Position numbers and translations under genes: made by a program. From an uncultured Candidatus Rokubacteria bacterium (lineage in GTDB: Bacteria; Methylomirabilota; Methylomirabilia; Rokubacteriales; DASRDR01), in NCBI GenBank assembly GCA_963805625.1, contig CAWDVE010000010.1, forward strand, positions 544,001 through 608,000: a stretch of DNA of 64,000 nucleotides, in the 5' to 3' direction. Under the pieces are notes generated by a model, which was not told the DNA's origin, searched no databases, and was given only the letters and a program-made list of their open reading frames with translations. How positions within the stretch are numbered: position 1 is the first letter of the stretch; the number at the start of each line of letters is the position of its first letter. Shown here piece by piece: positions 39,695 to 51,255 of the stretch.

Positions 39695-40453
39695 TCACTT
39701 CGTGTCCAGCGCCAGGTGCTCGCCTCCGGCGTACACGTTGAACGCGTCGTGGCGCAAGTAGCCCACCACCGTCACGCCCAGCTGCTCGGCGAGGCTGATC
39801 GCCATCTCGGTCGGTGAGGTGCGAGAGACGATGATCGGAGCCCCCATCCTCGCGCCCTTCAGGAGCATCTCCGAGGACACCCGCCCCGTGCTGAGGAGCA
39901 CCCGGTCTCGGGTGGCGACGCCGCGAAGCAGCGCCTCGCCACAGACCTTGTCCACCGCGTTGTGCCGGCCCACGTCCTCGGCCATGAACAGAAGCTGATC
40001 GGGATCGGCGAGCGCGGCCCCGTGGATCCCCCGGGAGGCGCGGTAGGCCACCGCCAGCTGGTAGAGCTCCTTCATGCGCTCGAAGAGCCGGGTCGGCTCC
40101 ACCCGAAGCGTGGACTCGACCCGCGGAATCACGCGCGGGTCGATGCGGAACGTGATGCCCCCTCCGCAGCCCGATGTGAGGATCCGCTCCGTAGGAAGCT
40201 CCACGTCTTGGACGAGGTCCACGTCCGCCCGGCCGTCGACCTCGGAGACCGCGAGCCGCTTGATCTCGTCGACCGAGCCGATGATCTTCTCCAGCCAGAG
40301 GTAGCCCACGACCAGGGCGTCGAGCTTCCGGGGCGTGCTGAGGAGCGTGATGAACTTCTGACCGTTGACGTAGACGGTCAAGGGCTGCTCACGAACGATC
40401 TGACCCTTGACCTCGCGGTACTCCCCGGCCTTCCAGCTATAGTACGTTCGCAT
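39695..40453 (-). CDS. fdhD: Formate dehydrogenase accessory sulfurtransferase FdhD
   Basis: EQPLTVYVNG, TSGCG, IHGAAL, EDVGRHNAVDK, TGRVSSEM. Confidence 0.88.
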   Translation of the reverse strand: MRTYYSWKAGEYREVKGQIVREQPLTVYVNGQKFITLLSTPRKLDALVVGYLWLEKIIGSVDEIKRLAVSEVDGRADVDLVQDVELPTERILTSGCGGGITFRIDPRVIPRVESTLRVEPTRLFERMKELYQLAVAYRASRGIHGAALADPDQLLFMAEDVGRHNAVDKVCGEALLRGVATRDRVLLSTGRVSSEMLLKGARMGAPIIVSRTSPTEMAISLAEQLGVTVVGYLRHDAFNVYAGGEHLALDTK

Positions 40454-40529
40454 GGCTCTCAGCTGCTCCGAGGCTAGTCTCCGGCTCGCCTTGCCGTCAA
40501 GCTTGGCGGCCCCTCGTCTTCGCGGCCCC

Positions 40530-42203
40530 TCAGGCGCCGCTGGTCCGTAGCGCCTGCCGCTCCGGACAGGTGGCGACGGTGAGTCGGATCGTACCGCCGG
40601 ACCCGACCCAGGTGATCTCGTGCGGCCCCGGGGGGAGAGCGAGCCACCCGGGCCGAGCCGGAGTCCCGTCGACCGACACCTCGATCCCGGGGCCGAAGGC
40701 CAGAAGATAGGGACCCGCCGCAAGGAGATTGACCACCGAACGCCCCCCGCCCTCGCCGGCCGCGATCTCCGCCCCGGCGACGAGGAGTCCCTCCGGACCC
40801 GGCACGTAATGCTGCCGAAGCAGATCCGCCACCGGCCCGATCATCCCGCGGATCCGAAAGTCGACGTGGGCCACCGGCGCCCGCGCCGCTCGCATGTCGT
40901 CGGCGATCGCTTCCTCCGGGATGACACCCCGGGCCACCCACTCCCGGACGCCGCGGATCAGCGCCCCATGGCGATACGCCGCGGGGCGGAACACGTATAG
41001 GGCCGTCCCGTCGAGAACCGCGTCCCCCGAGCACGCAAGCCGCAGCTCGCGGCGCATGAGCCGGAGGTCAGCCGCGTTCTGATTTCGAAGCGCGGAGATG
41101 ACGGTCTCTCCGGCAGGCACGACTACCGCCCATGCCGTCGCCGCGAGGGCAAGCCCCCTTCGCCAGCGTGTCGGATCCTGACGTGCCCACTCCGCCAGGG
41201 TGGCGAGGGTTAGCCCCGCATAGATGGCGGCCACCGGAAGGAGCGGCAGCCAGGCGTGCTGGTACACGGCGGGAGTCCGAGGTAGGAACAGGGCCAAGAC
41301 GCTGGTGAAGGTTGGCAGGAGCAGCACCCCGTGCACACGGTGTCCCAGGATGGCGAGGCCTCGCACGCGAAGGACGAGCGCGAGCCCGAGGGCCGCGGCC
41401 AGGAACACCCCCACCTCGCTGCCGAAGACCGGCCACGTCTTTCCGAAATCGACGAATCGCAGCGAGTCGAGCACCACGTCGCGGTAGAGACCCCGGATCG
41501 TCGCCACGCCCGTGAAGGCGGCAAGCCCGGCGATGAGGGCGCCCATCACCAGCGCCACGCCGCCCAGGAGCCTCGCGAGCGATCCCGCGCGGCTCGTTCG
41601 CGGGACCCCGTCAGGCTGCGGTCGGCCGGCGACGACCGCGCCTACCCCGGCGAGGGCAAAGACCGCCTTGATCGACAGGGCCAGGGCCACCCCCTGCCAG
41701 GCCCCGGCTATCCAGAGCCAGCCCGTTCGCCCGTTCTCGCGCCAGCGCACGAGCACCAGGAGGCTGGCCAGATGCGCCACGAGTGCGGGCACGTCGGGGC
41801 GGGTCTCCGTCGACGTCTCGGCGAACTGGGGAAGGAATAGGAGGACCACCGCCGCCCAGACGGCGCCATCGGCCGAGAGGCGCCGGGCGAGCCGCCAGGT
41901 CAGGACGACCGCCGACGCGGCCAGGAGGGCCATTGTCGACCGGGCCGCGAAGTATACCTCTGGCCGGTCCGTGAGCCACGCCGTGAGGGGCGCCATGGCG
42001 TAATGGAAGAACGGGAGGTGGTGCTCCCAGAAGTCACGGTATGGCACCTGACCCTCTGTGATGAGCCAGGCCACGTGGAGATGCTGGCTTTCGTCCGGGT
42101 CGATGCGCCGGTTGAGGACGACTCCGATTCGCAGGACCACGGCGAGCGCGACGAGCGCGGCAAGAACTCCCGGCGCGAGCCGACGCATGCCGAGGCGCAT
42201 CAT
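40530..42203 (-). CDS. GT-C fold membrane glycosyltransferase (GT39-like)
   Basis: DPDESQH...GQVPYRDFWEHH.P, ETRPD; many TM segments. Confidence 0.7.
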   Translation of the reverse strand: MMRLGMRRLAPGVLAALVALAVVLRIGVVLNRRIDPDESQHLHVAWLITEGQVPYRDFWEHHLPFFHYAMAPLTAWLTDRPEVYFAARSTMALLAASAVVLTWRLARRLSADGAVWAAVVLLFLPQFAETSTETRPDVPALVAHLASLLVLVRWRENGRTGWLWIAGAWQGVALALSIKAVFALAGVGAVVAGRPQPDGVPRTSRAGSLARLLGGVALVMGALIAGLAAFTGVATIRGLYRDVVLDSLRFVDFGKTWPVFGSEVGVFLAAALGLALVLRVRGLAILGHRVHGVLLLPTFTSVLALFLPRTPAVYQHAWLPLLPVAAIYAGLTLATLAEWARQDPTRWRRGLALAATAWAVVVPAGETVISALRNQNAADLRLMRRELRLACSGDAVLDGTALYVFRPAAYRHGALIRGVREWVARGVIPEEAIADDMRAARAPVAHVDFRIRGMIGPVADLLRQHYVPGPEGLLVAGAEIAAGEGGGRSVVNLLAAGPYLLAFGPGIEVSVDGTPARPGWLALPPGPHEITWVGSGGTIRLTVATCPERQALRTSGA

Positions 42204-42313
42204 ACCGCGGTCCAGGCATCCTCCGTCGGGCCCCGGGTTTGACCCCTCCCCAGCGCCCTGGCTATACTCCCGGTCGCTGGGGCCGACGGCAGGCCATGCG
42301 GCCCGGACATACC

Positions 42314-42811
42314 ATGAGTGGCGAGCACGCCTCCGACGACGCGCCGGCCAACTCCCCCTAGGGCTCTTCTGGGTGGGCGAGTCCGCCAAGGCGGCGCTCG
42401 ACCGGTCGGGCCGCCCCTGCCTCACCTGCTCGCGGTTCCCGGGCGAGGCCGTTCCCGTCTACTACGGGCCGTGGCTCCGCGACACCGAGGCCCTTCCGGA
42501 GGAAGAGTCGCTCAAGGCACGCGTGCTGTCGGCGCGCGGCACCGGGGTGGCCGGGCCACCTATGATCACCGTGGCGCCCGGCTGGAGTACCAGCCCGCCG
42601 ACCCTCTCAGCCCGGTGTTCTACCTGCGCCGAGCCCGCGCGAAGGCGGTCCACGCCTGGCGGCTGTTCCCTCACGACAGGAGGCGGTGCAGTACGCGACG
42701 GAGATGTTGAAGTCGACGAGGACGCAGGACGCCGCCCGCTGGGCGGAGACTTTCCCCCGCCCAGACTTCGACGACCTGGTGCGGCGGTTCGGCCTCAGCC
42801 CGGGGGCCTGA
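42314..42811 (+). pseudogene. Frameshifted hypothetical gene
   Basis: Coding-like segments in successive frames: MSGEH / LFWVGESAKAALDRSG...PVYYGP...EESLKARVLS / LEYQPADPLSPVFYLRR / QEAVQYA...DFDDLVRRF*; TTGACC-18-TATACT upstream. Confidence 0.5.
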
Positions 42812-42938
42812 CCGCGCTCCCGCCTTTCCTATGCGTCTTGCAGCCAGGCCGTCGGCCGGGACGCTGCCCTGGATACCGCCCAGTTCTCCCGGCGGCTGAG
42901 TCGACGATCCGGGGACGTGCGCGCCTAGACCGCGCGCC

Positions 42939-43745
42939 TCAGGGCCGTTTGCCGGCGCCCCGGCTGCCGGGAAACAGGTTCCACGGGTACCGCACCCGCA
43001 GGAGATAGAGACCATGCGGGGGTGCGGTCGGCCCGGCGGCGCGACGGTCCCGCCCGGTCAGCACCTCGGCGACCCACCCCGGCGGGCGCCGGCCGAGCCC
43101 CACCTCGACCAGGCTTCCCACGACGTTCCGGACCATGTGGTGGAGGAAAGCGTCGGCGGATACGAAGACGCCGATCTGGCCGCGGCGCGCGACGACGCGC
43201 ACGGCCCGCACCGTGCACACCGGATCGCGCTCGCGCCCCGGTGCCGCGCAGAATGCGGAGAAGTCGTGTGTCCCGCGAAGCGGCGTCGCGGCGTAGGCCA
43301 TCGCGTCCGTATCGAGCGCGCGCCCCACGTGCCACGCGAACCCGCGGAGGAACGGTGACGGCACCCGGTCCGTGGACAGCAGATACCCGTATCGCTTGAG
43401 CCGGGCGGTGCGGCGGGCGTCGAACCCATCGGATACGGCCCGAGCAGCCAGCACCCGGATGTCCCGTGGGAGACGCGCATTGAGCGCGGCCATGACGACG
43501 GCCGGCGCCAGCGGCTCCCGGGTCGAGACGCTCGCTACCTGGCCGAACGCGTGGACCCCGGCATCGGTCCGGCTCGCCCCGACTACCCGGACCTCACCCT
43601 GGACCAGCGGGCGCAGCGCCTCGAGAACGTGCCCCTGGAGTGTCGGCGCCCCGGGCTGGACCTGCCAGCCGTGGTAGGCGCCGCCGTCGTAGGCGAGCAG
43701 GAGCGCCAGCCGCGCGGAGGGCGCCTCGGAATCGATCGGACCTAC
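42939..43745 (-). CDS. truA: tRNA pseudouridine(38-40) synthase TruA; start codon non-canonical or uncertain
   Basis: Open frame LAYDGGAYHGWQVQP, SRTDAGVHA, GTHDFSAF, FLHHMVR, TAPPHGLYL; no in-frame ATG/GTG/TTG before 43493. Confidence 0.9.
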   Translation of the reverse strand, partial: VGPIDSEAPSARLALLLAYDGGAYHGWQVQPGAPTLQGHVLEALRPLVQGEVRVVGASRTDAGVHAFGQVASVSTREPLAPAVVMAALNARLPRDIRVLAARAVSDGFDARRTARLKRYGYLLSTDRVPSPFLRGFAWHVGRALDTDAMAYAATPLRGTHDFSAFCAAPGRERDPVCTVRAVRVVARRGQIGVFVSADAFLHHMVRNVVGSLVEVGLGRRPPGWVAEVLTGRDRRAAGPTAPPHGLYLLRVRYPWNLFPGSRGAGKRP

Positions 43746-44758
43746 CGGCCGGGCGCCGCTCCGCCGATCAGCTCGGCGATCTGCACGGCGTTGGTCGCCG
43801 CCCCCTTGCGGAGCTGATCACCCACGACCCAGAAGTTGAGCCCTCGCTCGTGGGAGAGGTCTTCCCGGATCCGTCCGACGACGCAGTCGTCCTGCCCCTC
43901 CACCGTCAGTGGCATGGGATAACGCGCATGGTCAGGGTCGTCCACGACCCGGAGACCGGGGAAGCGTCCGAAGAGCTCCCGAGCGCGCTCGACCGTGACC
44001 TTCTCCTCGGTCTCAACCGTGACGGCGACGGAGTGCGCCGTGAACACGGGTACGCGGACGGTCGTCGGGGAGATGAGCATGGCCGGGGCCTCGAGGATCT
44101 TCCGGACCTCGTTCACGAGCTTCCACTCCTCGCCCGTGTACCCGCCCGCGCCGAACCTGTCGATGTGCGGGATCACGTTGAAGGCGATCTGGTGCGGGAA
44201 GAAGCTCGGGGTGATCGCCTCGCCGCGCGCCCACGCGAGGGTCTGCTGCCGGAGCTCCTCGACGCCCCGCACCCCGGCGCCCGAAACCGCCTGGTAGCTG
44301 GTCGCCACCACCCGGGTCACGCGCGCGACCCGGTGGAGCGGCGCCAGCGCCATGACCGTGACCACGGTCGTGCAGTTCGGGCTCGCCACGATACCCTGGT
44401 GCCCGCGGATGGCGTGGGGGTTGATCTCGGGCACGATCAACGGGACTGCCGGATCCATCCGGAACGCGTTCGATTTGTCCACCACCACGGCCCCCGCACG
44501 GACGGCCAGGGGGGCGTGCTCCTTCGACTGGGCGGTTCCGGCGGAGAAGAAGGCGATCTCGATGTCCCGGAACGCCTCTGGCGTGACCTTCTCGACCCGG
44601 ATCGACTCCCCCGCGAAGGTGACCGCCTTGCCCACGGAGCGCTCCGACGCGAACGCCCGGAGCTCGCGGACCGGGAATTTCCGCTCCTCCAGGATCCGGA
44701 GCGTCATCTCCCCTGCCGCGCCCGTTGCTCCCACGACCGCCACTCGATGCCCTGCCAT
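43742..44758 (-). CDS. asd: Aspartate-semialdehyde dehydrogenase
   Basis: VGATGA, VPEIN, PNCTT, YQAVSGAG, VRVPV, DQLRKGAATNAVQ. Confidence 0.96.
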   Translation of the reverse strand: MAGHRVAVVGATGAAGEMTLRILEERKFPVRELRAFASERSVGKAVTFAGESIRVEKVTPEAFRDIEIAFFSAGTAQSKEHAPLAVRAGAVVVDKSNAFRMDPAVPLIVPEINPHAIRGHQGIVASPNCTTVVTVMALAPLHRVARVTRVVATSYQAVSGAGVRGVEELRQQTLAWARGEAITPSFFPHQIAFNVIPHIDRFGAGGYTGEEWKLVNEVRKILEAPAMLISPTTVRVPVFTAHSVAVTVETEEKVTVERARELFGRFPGLRVVDDPDHARYPMPLTVEGQDDCVVGRIREDLSHERGLNFWVVGDQLRKGAATNAVQIAELIGGAAPGR

Positions 44759-44817
44759 CGCGCCCTCCGGTCACGCCCCGCTCATGAACCGCGGGCCGGA
44801 CCCGTCGCCCTCCGCCC

Positions 44818-45918
44818 TCAGCGGTAGACTGCTTCCAGCTCCCGGATCACCCGATCGGCCATCGCCGTCGTCCCCACCAGGGTGGTCCCGGGTGTGTGAA
44901 TGTCCTTCGTCCGACACCCGGCAGCCAGGGTCCGTTCGACCGCCTGCTCCACACGCTCGGCGTCGGCCGGGCGATCCAGTGAGTATCGGAGCAGCATGCC
45001 GGCCGACAGGATGGCTGCCAGCGGGTTGGCGATACCTCGGCCCGCGATGTCCGGCGCCGTCCCGTGGATCGGCTCGTAGAGCCCTACTGGCCGGTCGCCC
45101 CGTTTCTCGCCGAGGCTCGCCGACGGGAGCATGCCCATCGACCCGGCGATGATCGCCGCCTCGTCCGAGAGGATGTCGCCGAACGTATTCTCGGTCACGA
45201 TCGTGTCGAACCGTCGGGGCTCGGCCACGAGCGCCATGGCGCAGTTGTCCACGAGGAGGTGGTCGAGCTGGACGTCCGGATAGCGGCGGCCCACGTCCGT
45301 GACGACCTCGCGCCAGAGCTGTGACACGACGAGGACGTTCGACTTGTCCACGGAGGTTAACCGGCGCCGCCGCCCTCGCGCGACGCGGAAGGCGAGGTCC
45401 GCGATCCGCTCGATCTCCCGCACCGTGTACACCATGGTGTTGAATCCGCGCCGAGCGTTCCCGCTGCCCTCGATGCCGCGTGGCTCGCCGAAGTAGAGAC
45501 CTCCCGTGAGTTCGCGGATGACCAGGAGGTCCGCTCCCTCCACGACCGACCGCTTGAGCGGCGAGCTGTCGACGAGCATGGGATAGAGCCGCGCCGGACG
45601 GAGGTTCGCGTAGAGATCGAGCTCCTTGCGAATGAGGAGGATGCCCCGCTCCGGGCGCTGCTCCGGCCGGAGGTGGTCCCAGCGTGGACCGCCCACCGCC
45701 CCGAACAGGATTGCGTCCGCGTCCCGGCAGATCCCCAGGGTCGCCGCCGGCAGCGGGGTGCCCTGCGCGTCGATGGCGGCGCCGCCGATCAGGCCCTCCT
45801 CGAACTCGAGTCCGAGGCCGCTCTCCTTGGCCACGACACCGAGGGCCCGCATCGCCTCGGCGGTAACCTCGGCACCGATGCCATCGCCCGGCAGGACCGC
45901 AATCCGGTAAGTTCCCAT
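44818..45918 (-). CDS. leuB: 3-isopropylmalate dehydrogenase
   Basis: LPGDGIG, LYANLRP, RELTGGLYFG, DKSNV, FGDILSD, EPIHGTAPDIAG. Confidence 0.96.
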   Translation of the reverse strand: MGTYRIAVLPGDGIGAEVTAEAMRALGVVAKESGLGLEFEEGLIGGAAIDAQGTPLPAATLGICRDADAILFGAVGGPRWDHLRPEQRPERGILLIRKELDLYANLRPARLYPMLVDSSPLKRSVVEGADLLVIRELTGGLYFGEPRGIEGSGNARRGFNTMVYTVREIERIADLAFRVARGRRRRLTSVDKSNVLVVSQLWREVVTDVGRRYPDVQLDHLLVDNCAMALVAEPRRFDTIVTENTFGDILSDEAAIIAGSMGMLPSASLGEKRGDRPVGLYEPIHGTAPDIAGRGIANPLAAILSAGMLLRYSLDRPADAERVEQAVERTLAAGCRTKDIHTPGTTLVGTTAMADRVIRELEAVYR

Positions 45919-45971
45919 CTACGGCCTCTCCTCGCCGGCTCGCCGCGCGACGGCGCGAGGCCCGAGCCCGG

Positions 45972-46781
45972 TCATCCCTCGCCCGGTCCGGAACCCCGGG
46001 CGGCCTCTCGCAGCACTATGGGCGGGGCGGGCTCACGCTGCCGGAGCAGGAGCCACCGCACGGGGCCCGACACCGCGTATGCGCAGAACAGAATGAAGAC
46101 GGAGGTATCCGGGTGCGCGAACACGATGAGGATCCCCAGTGCGGCCACCAGCAGCACCCCGAACGGGTGCCGCTTGGCGAAGTTCAGATCCTTGAATGAA
46201 TAGTACCGGATGTTCGAGATCATCAGGAAGGCGACCACATACGTGGCGCATGCGAGCGCGAACAACCCCGCGCGGCCGAAGTCCGGCTCGTCGAAGAACA
46301 GGATGGTCGACGCCACCACCCCGGCGGCGCCGGGGATCGGAAGGCCGATGAAGTACCGCCGATCGGTGATGCCGGTCAGGACGTTGAACCGTGCCAGGCG
46401 GAGGGCTCCGCAGATCACGTAGAGAAAGGCCGCGCCCGCGCCCACGCGCCCGAGCGGCTGGAGCGCCCACGAGTAGAGCAGGAGGCCGGGCGCGACTCCG
46501 AACGATACGACGTCGGCGAGCGAGTCGAACTCCACGCCGAACTGGGTGGTGGTTCGCGTCAGCCGCGCCACCTTCCCGTCGAGCATGTCGAGCACCATGC
46601 CGATGAAGAGCGCCAGTGCCGCCCACTGGTGCCGTCCGTCGAAGGTCAGCACGATCGCGTAGAACCCGCAGAGGAGATTCCCCGTCGTGAGTAGCCCGGG
46701 CAGGAGGAAGATCGTCTGCCGCCGCCGCTCGCGAAGCTCGGACCAGCGCCGCCGCCGAAGGGCTGACGGCCGGCGCCTCAC
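45972..46781 (-). CDS. pssA: CDP-diacylglycerol--serine O-phosphatidyltransferase
   Basis: DMLDGKVAR...FGVEFDSLADVVSFG, LRLARFN, FIGLPIP; next to psd. Confidence 0.92.
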   Translation of the reverse strand: MRRRPSALRRRRWSELRERRRQTIFLLPGLLTTGNLLCGFYAIVLTFDGRHQWAALALFIGMVLDMLDGKVARLTRTTTQFGVEFDSLADVVSFGVAPGLLLYSWALQPLGRVGAGAAFLYVICGALRLARFNVLTGITDRRYFIGLPIPGAAGVVASTILFFDEPDFGRAGLFALACATYVVAFLMISNIRYYSFKDLNFAKRHPFGVLLVAALGILIVFAHPDTSVFILFCAYAVSGPVRWLLLRQREPAPPIVLREAARGSGPGEG

Positions 46782-47416
46782 GGGAGCACCCCCATCACGG
46801 TCTCGCCCCCGCGCACGCGATCGCCCGCCTTGACCCGAAGCCGCACCGACGCCGGCACGATCAGATCCGTGCGCGAGCCGAACTTGATCAGGCCAAAGCG
46901 CTCCCCCGAGGCGAGCTTGTCGCCGGGGCGGACCCGGCACACGATCCGGCGCGCGAGCACTCCGGCGATCTGCCGGACGACGACGCGCACGGCCTCACCC
47001 TGAATCGCGATGATCGTGCGTTCGTTCTGCTCCGAGGCCTCGGGACGGTACGCCGCCAGCTTGGCCCCGGGACGATACTCCACGCCGACCACCAGCCCGG
47101 CGAGGGGCGAGCGGTTCACGTGGACGTCGAGCGGCGACAGGAAGATGGACACCGCCTGCGCGGCGCCCACGAACGGGTCGTCCACGGCCGTACGCACGTC
47201 CACCACCCGGCCATCCGCCGGGGCCAGGATCGCTCCCGGGGTCGCGGGCGCAACGCGGTCGGGGTCACGGAAGAAGAGGGTCATGAAGGCGGCGATCACG
47301 CCGAACAGGAGAGCCGCCTTCGTCCATCCGGTCCAAGCCAAGAGGGCCGCGAGCGCGAGCGGGACGAGGATGAACCCCCAGCCCTCCGCGGCGATCGGCA
47401 GCATCCGGTCCGACAT
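46778..47416 (-). CDS. psd: Phosphatidylserine decarboxylase
   Basis: FFRDPDR, APADG, IFLSPLDVHVNR, QIAG, KFGSR. Confidence 0.92.
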   Translation of the reverse strand: MSDRMLPIAAEGWGFILVPLALAALLAWTGWTKAALLFGVIAAFMTLFFRDPDRVAPATPGAILAPADGRVVDVRTAVDDPFVGAAQAVSIFLSPLDVHVNRSPLAGLVVGVEYRPGAKLAAYRPEASEQNERTIIAIQGEAVRVVVRQIAGVLARRIVCRVRPGDKLASGERFGLIKFGSRTDLIVPASVRLRVKAGDRVRGGETVMGVLP

Positions 47417-47428
47417 CCGCGGCGGCCG

Positions 47429-48436
<1,008 letters not shown>

Positions 48437-48468
48437 CCGTATGGTCTCCTCGGACGTACCCCGTCCGG

Positions 48469-49077
48469 CTAGTCGGCGAACCCGGTCACCCGCGGGTCCT
48501 GGCTGCTCTCGGTGTCGCGACGGCGCCGCTGGGCGTCGGCGGACTTGCCGAGCGGCTCCTCCGGTCGGCGACGCGCCGTCTTGGAGCCCCGCGCGATGGC
48601 CACCTTTCCCGTCCGAACCAGCTCCTGAATGCCCATGGGCCTCAGGAGCTCCACGATCGCGTTCAGCTTGGACTCTTCCCCCGTAGCTTCGAGGGTGAAC
48701 GTGCTGGGTGTCACATCCACGACCTTCGCGCGGAAGATGTCGGCCACGCGGAGGATCTCCGCCCGGTGCTGAGGCTCGGCGTTCACGCGCACCAGCACCA
48801 GCTCGCGCTCGACGTGGTTCTCCTGGGTCAGGTCGGTCACCTTGATGACGTCGATCAGCTTGTGGAGCTGCTTGATCACCTGCTCGAGGACGAACTCGTC
48901 GCCCCGCACGACCAGCGTCATGCGGGAGACCGTGGGGTCGAGCGTCTCGCCGACCGAGAGGGACTCGATGTTGTACCCCCGCGCGCTGAAGAGCCCGGCC
49001 ACTCGCGAGAGGACGCCGAACTTGTTCTCGACGAGGACCGCGATGGTGTGCTTCCGGACGCCGTGACCGTTCTGCAC
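48469..49077 (-). CDS. ilvN: Acetolactate synthase small subunit
   Basis: [39 protein letters not shown]. Confidence 0.95.
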   Translation of the reverse strand: MQNGHGVRKHTIAVLVENKFGVLSRVAGLFSARGYNIESLSVGETLDPTVSRMTLVVRGDEFVLEQVIKQLHKLIDVIKVTDLTQENHVERELVLVRVNAEPQHRAEILRVADIFRAKVVDVTPSTFTLEATGEESKLNAIVELLRPMGIQELVRTGKVAIARGSKTARRRPEEPLGKSADAQRRRRDTESSQDPRVTGFAD

Positions 49078-49085
49078 GGCGCCTC

Positions 49086-50843
49086 CTAGAAGCCCGTCTG
49101 GGACTTGGCGGCCTTGGCCTTCACGTCCTTGCTCGGGCGCTCGAGCAGCATGTCCTTGTTCGCCCCGCCCGCCGGCACCATCGGGAAGCAGAACTCGTCC
49201 TTGTCGACCATCACGTCCACCAGGACCGGCCCGGGAATCGCGAACGCCTTCTCGAGCGCCGGCACCACCTCGTTCGGCTTCGACGCGCGGATGCCCACCG
49301 CCCCGTACGCCTCGGCGAGCTTCACGAAGTCGGGGCTGGCCGACAGGTCGATGGAGTGGAAGCGGCCGCCGTAGATGATGTCCTGCCACTGACGGACCAT
49401 CCCGTGCCCGCCGTTGTTGATCACCACCATCTTGATCGGCAGCTGGTTCTCCACGATCGTCGCCAGCTCCTGGGAACTCATCACGAAGCTCCCGTCGCCG
49501 TCGACGAGGACGACCAGGCGGTCCGGCCGGCCGACCTGGGCGCCGATGGCCGCCGGGAGGCCGTAGCCCATGGTGCCGAGCCCGCCCGAGGTCAGCCAGT
49601 GCCGCGGGTGGCGAAAACGATAGTGCTGGGCGGCCCACATCTGGTGCTGCCCCACGCCGGTCACGATGACCGCCTCACCCTTCGTGAGGTTCGAGACCTC
49701 CTCCACCACGTACTGGGGCTTGATCAGCTCGTCGTCCCAGTCGTACCGGAACGGGTGCTTCTGCTGCCACTGGGCGAGCTGGCGGAGCCACTGCTCCCGC
49801 GCCTCCCGCACCAGCGAGGCCGCTTGGCCTGCGCCCTCCTGGCGCACCGCCTCGATCAGCTGCGCCAGGACGCGCCGCGCATCGCCCACGATGGGGACGT
49901 GCACCTTGATGTTCTTCGAGATCGAGGACGGATCAACGTCGATGTGGATGATCTCCGCTTGCGGTGCGAACTGGTCCACCTTCCCCGTGACGCGATCGTC
50001 GAACCGGGCGCCCACCGCGATGAGGCAGTCGGAGTTGTAGACCGCCATGTTGGGGGCGTAGCCCCCGTGCATGCCGAGCATGCCCAGCGACAGGGCATGG
50101 TCCGAGGGGAAGGCGCCCAGGCCCATGAGGGTCGTCGTCACCGGAATGCGCGTCAGCTCGGCAAGCGCCAGGAGCTCCTTCGATGCGTCCGCCCCGATGA
50201 CCCCGCCACCCACGTACAGGACCGCGCGGCGGGCGCGCATCAGGGCCTTCGCCGCCTTCTTCACCTGGCCGGGATGCCCCTCGTACGTCGGGTTGTACGA
50301 CCGGAGGTGGACGTTCTCCGGATACTCGAAATCGGCCTGCTTCATGAGGACGTCCTTCGGCAGGTCGATGTGCACTGGACCCGGACGTCCGGTCGCCGCG
50401 ATGTGGAAAGCCTCGCGGATCACCGGCGTGATGTCCCTGGTGTCCTTCACGAGATAGTTGTGCTTTGTGCAGGGCCGGGTGATTCCGACGTTGTCCGCCT
50501 CCTGGAACGCGTCGTTCCCGATGAGATGCGTCGGCACCTGTCCTGTTAGCGCGACGATCGGCATCGAGTCCATGTACGCGTCCTGGAGCGCCGTGACGAG
50601 GTTCGTGGCAGCGGGGCCCGAGGTGACCAGGCACACCCCGACCTTCCCAGTCACCCGCGCGTACCCCTCGGCCGCGTGGCCGGCGGCCGCTTCCTGGCGG
50701 ACGAGGACGTGGCGCAGCGGTCCCGGGAAGTCGTAGAGCGCGTCGTAGAGGGGCAGGACGGCACCACCAGGCAACCCGAAGACCACGTCCACGCCCTCAC
50801 GCTTGAGCGACTCCAACACGATGCGCGCCCCTGACATCTTCAT
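49086..50843 (-). CDS. ilvB: Acetolactate synthase large subunit
   Basis: [51 protein letters not shown]. Confidence 0.96.
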   Translation of the reverse strand: MKMSGARIVLESLKREGVDVVFGLPGGAVLPLYDALYDFPGPLRHVLVRQEAAAGHAAEGYARVTGKVGVCLVTSGPAATNLVTALQDAYMDSMPIVALTGQVPTHLIGNDAFQEADNVGITRPCTKHNYLVKDTRDITPVIREAFHIAATGRPGPVHIDLPKDVLMKQADFEYPENVHLRSYNPTYEGHPGQVKKAAKALMRARRAVLYVGGGVIGADASKELLALAELTRIPVTTTLMGLGAFPSDHALSLGMLGMHGGYAPNMAVYNSDCLIAVGARFDDRVTGKVDQFAPQAEIIHIDVDPSSISKNIKVHVPIVGDARRVLAQLIEAVRQEGAGQAASLVREAREQWLRQLAQWQQKHPFRYDWDDELIKPQYVVEEVSNLTKGEAVIVTGVGQHQMWAAQHYRFRHPRHWLTSGGLGTMGYGLPAAIGAQVGRPDRLVVLVDGDGSFVMSSQELATIVENQLPIKMVVINNGGHGMVRQWQDIIYGGRFHSIDLSASPDFVKLAEAYGAVGIRASKPNEVVPALEKAFAIPGPVLVDVMVDKDEFCFPMVPAGGANKDMLLERPSKDVKAKAAKSQTGF

Positions 50844-50853
50844 CGCCGGTCTC

Positions 50854-51093
50854 CTACTCCCCTGATACCCGGGTGATCAACTGCGTGCGTACCTGGCCAT
50901 CACAGCAGCGCTGCCGTCGCCAGGATCTCGCCTTCGGCGAGGAGCGGAAACTCGCCGTCTGCCCGAGGACGACGTAGCCGCTCAGGGGGTGCGCGTTCAG
51001 CCGGGGGAGGTTGGACGCCAGCCCATCGTGGGCCACGGCCCTGCCCCGGAAGGGAGTCAGCACGGGCGGATACACGCCCTGGAGTACTGTCAT
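50854..51093 (-). pseudogene. Frameshifted 5' fragment of a DapA-family aldolase (HOGA-like)
   Basis: LQGVYPPVLTPF...LASNL...LSGYVVLG, then a shifted frame reading DGEFPLL; rest absent. Confidence 0.7.
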
Positions 51094-51188
51094 CCCGCCC
51101 CCGCTAGGTCGCCCGCGAACGACCGGGCCGTGCTCACCCTCCCCATCCCTTCACCGCCACCATCGTCGATCAGACGCAGAGTCTTGAT

Positions 51189-51218
51189 AGGATAGCACCT
51201 AAACCCTGATCGGGTCAA
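51189..51218 (-). promoter_or_regulatory. Putative promoter for the aldolase remnant and ilvB operon
   Basis: TTGACC-18 nt-TATCCT with extended -10 TG. Confidence 0.5.
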
Positions 51219-51255
51219 CTGAAACGGGCCCGCTGAGGGCCCGGCGTCCCGGCGC

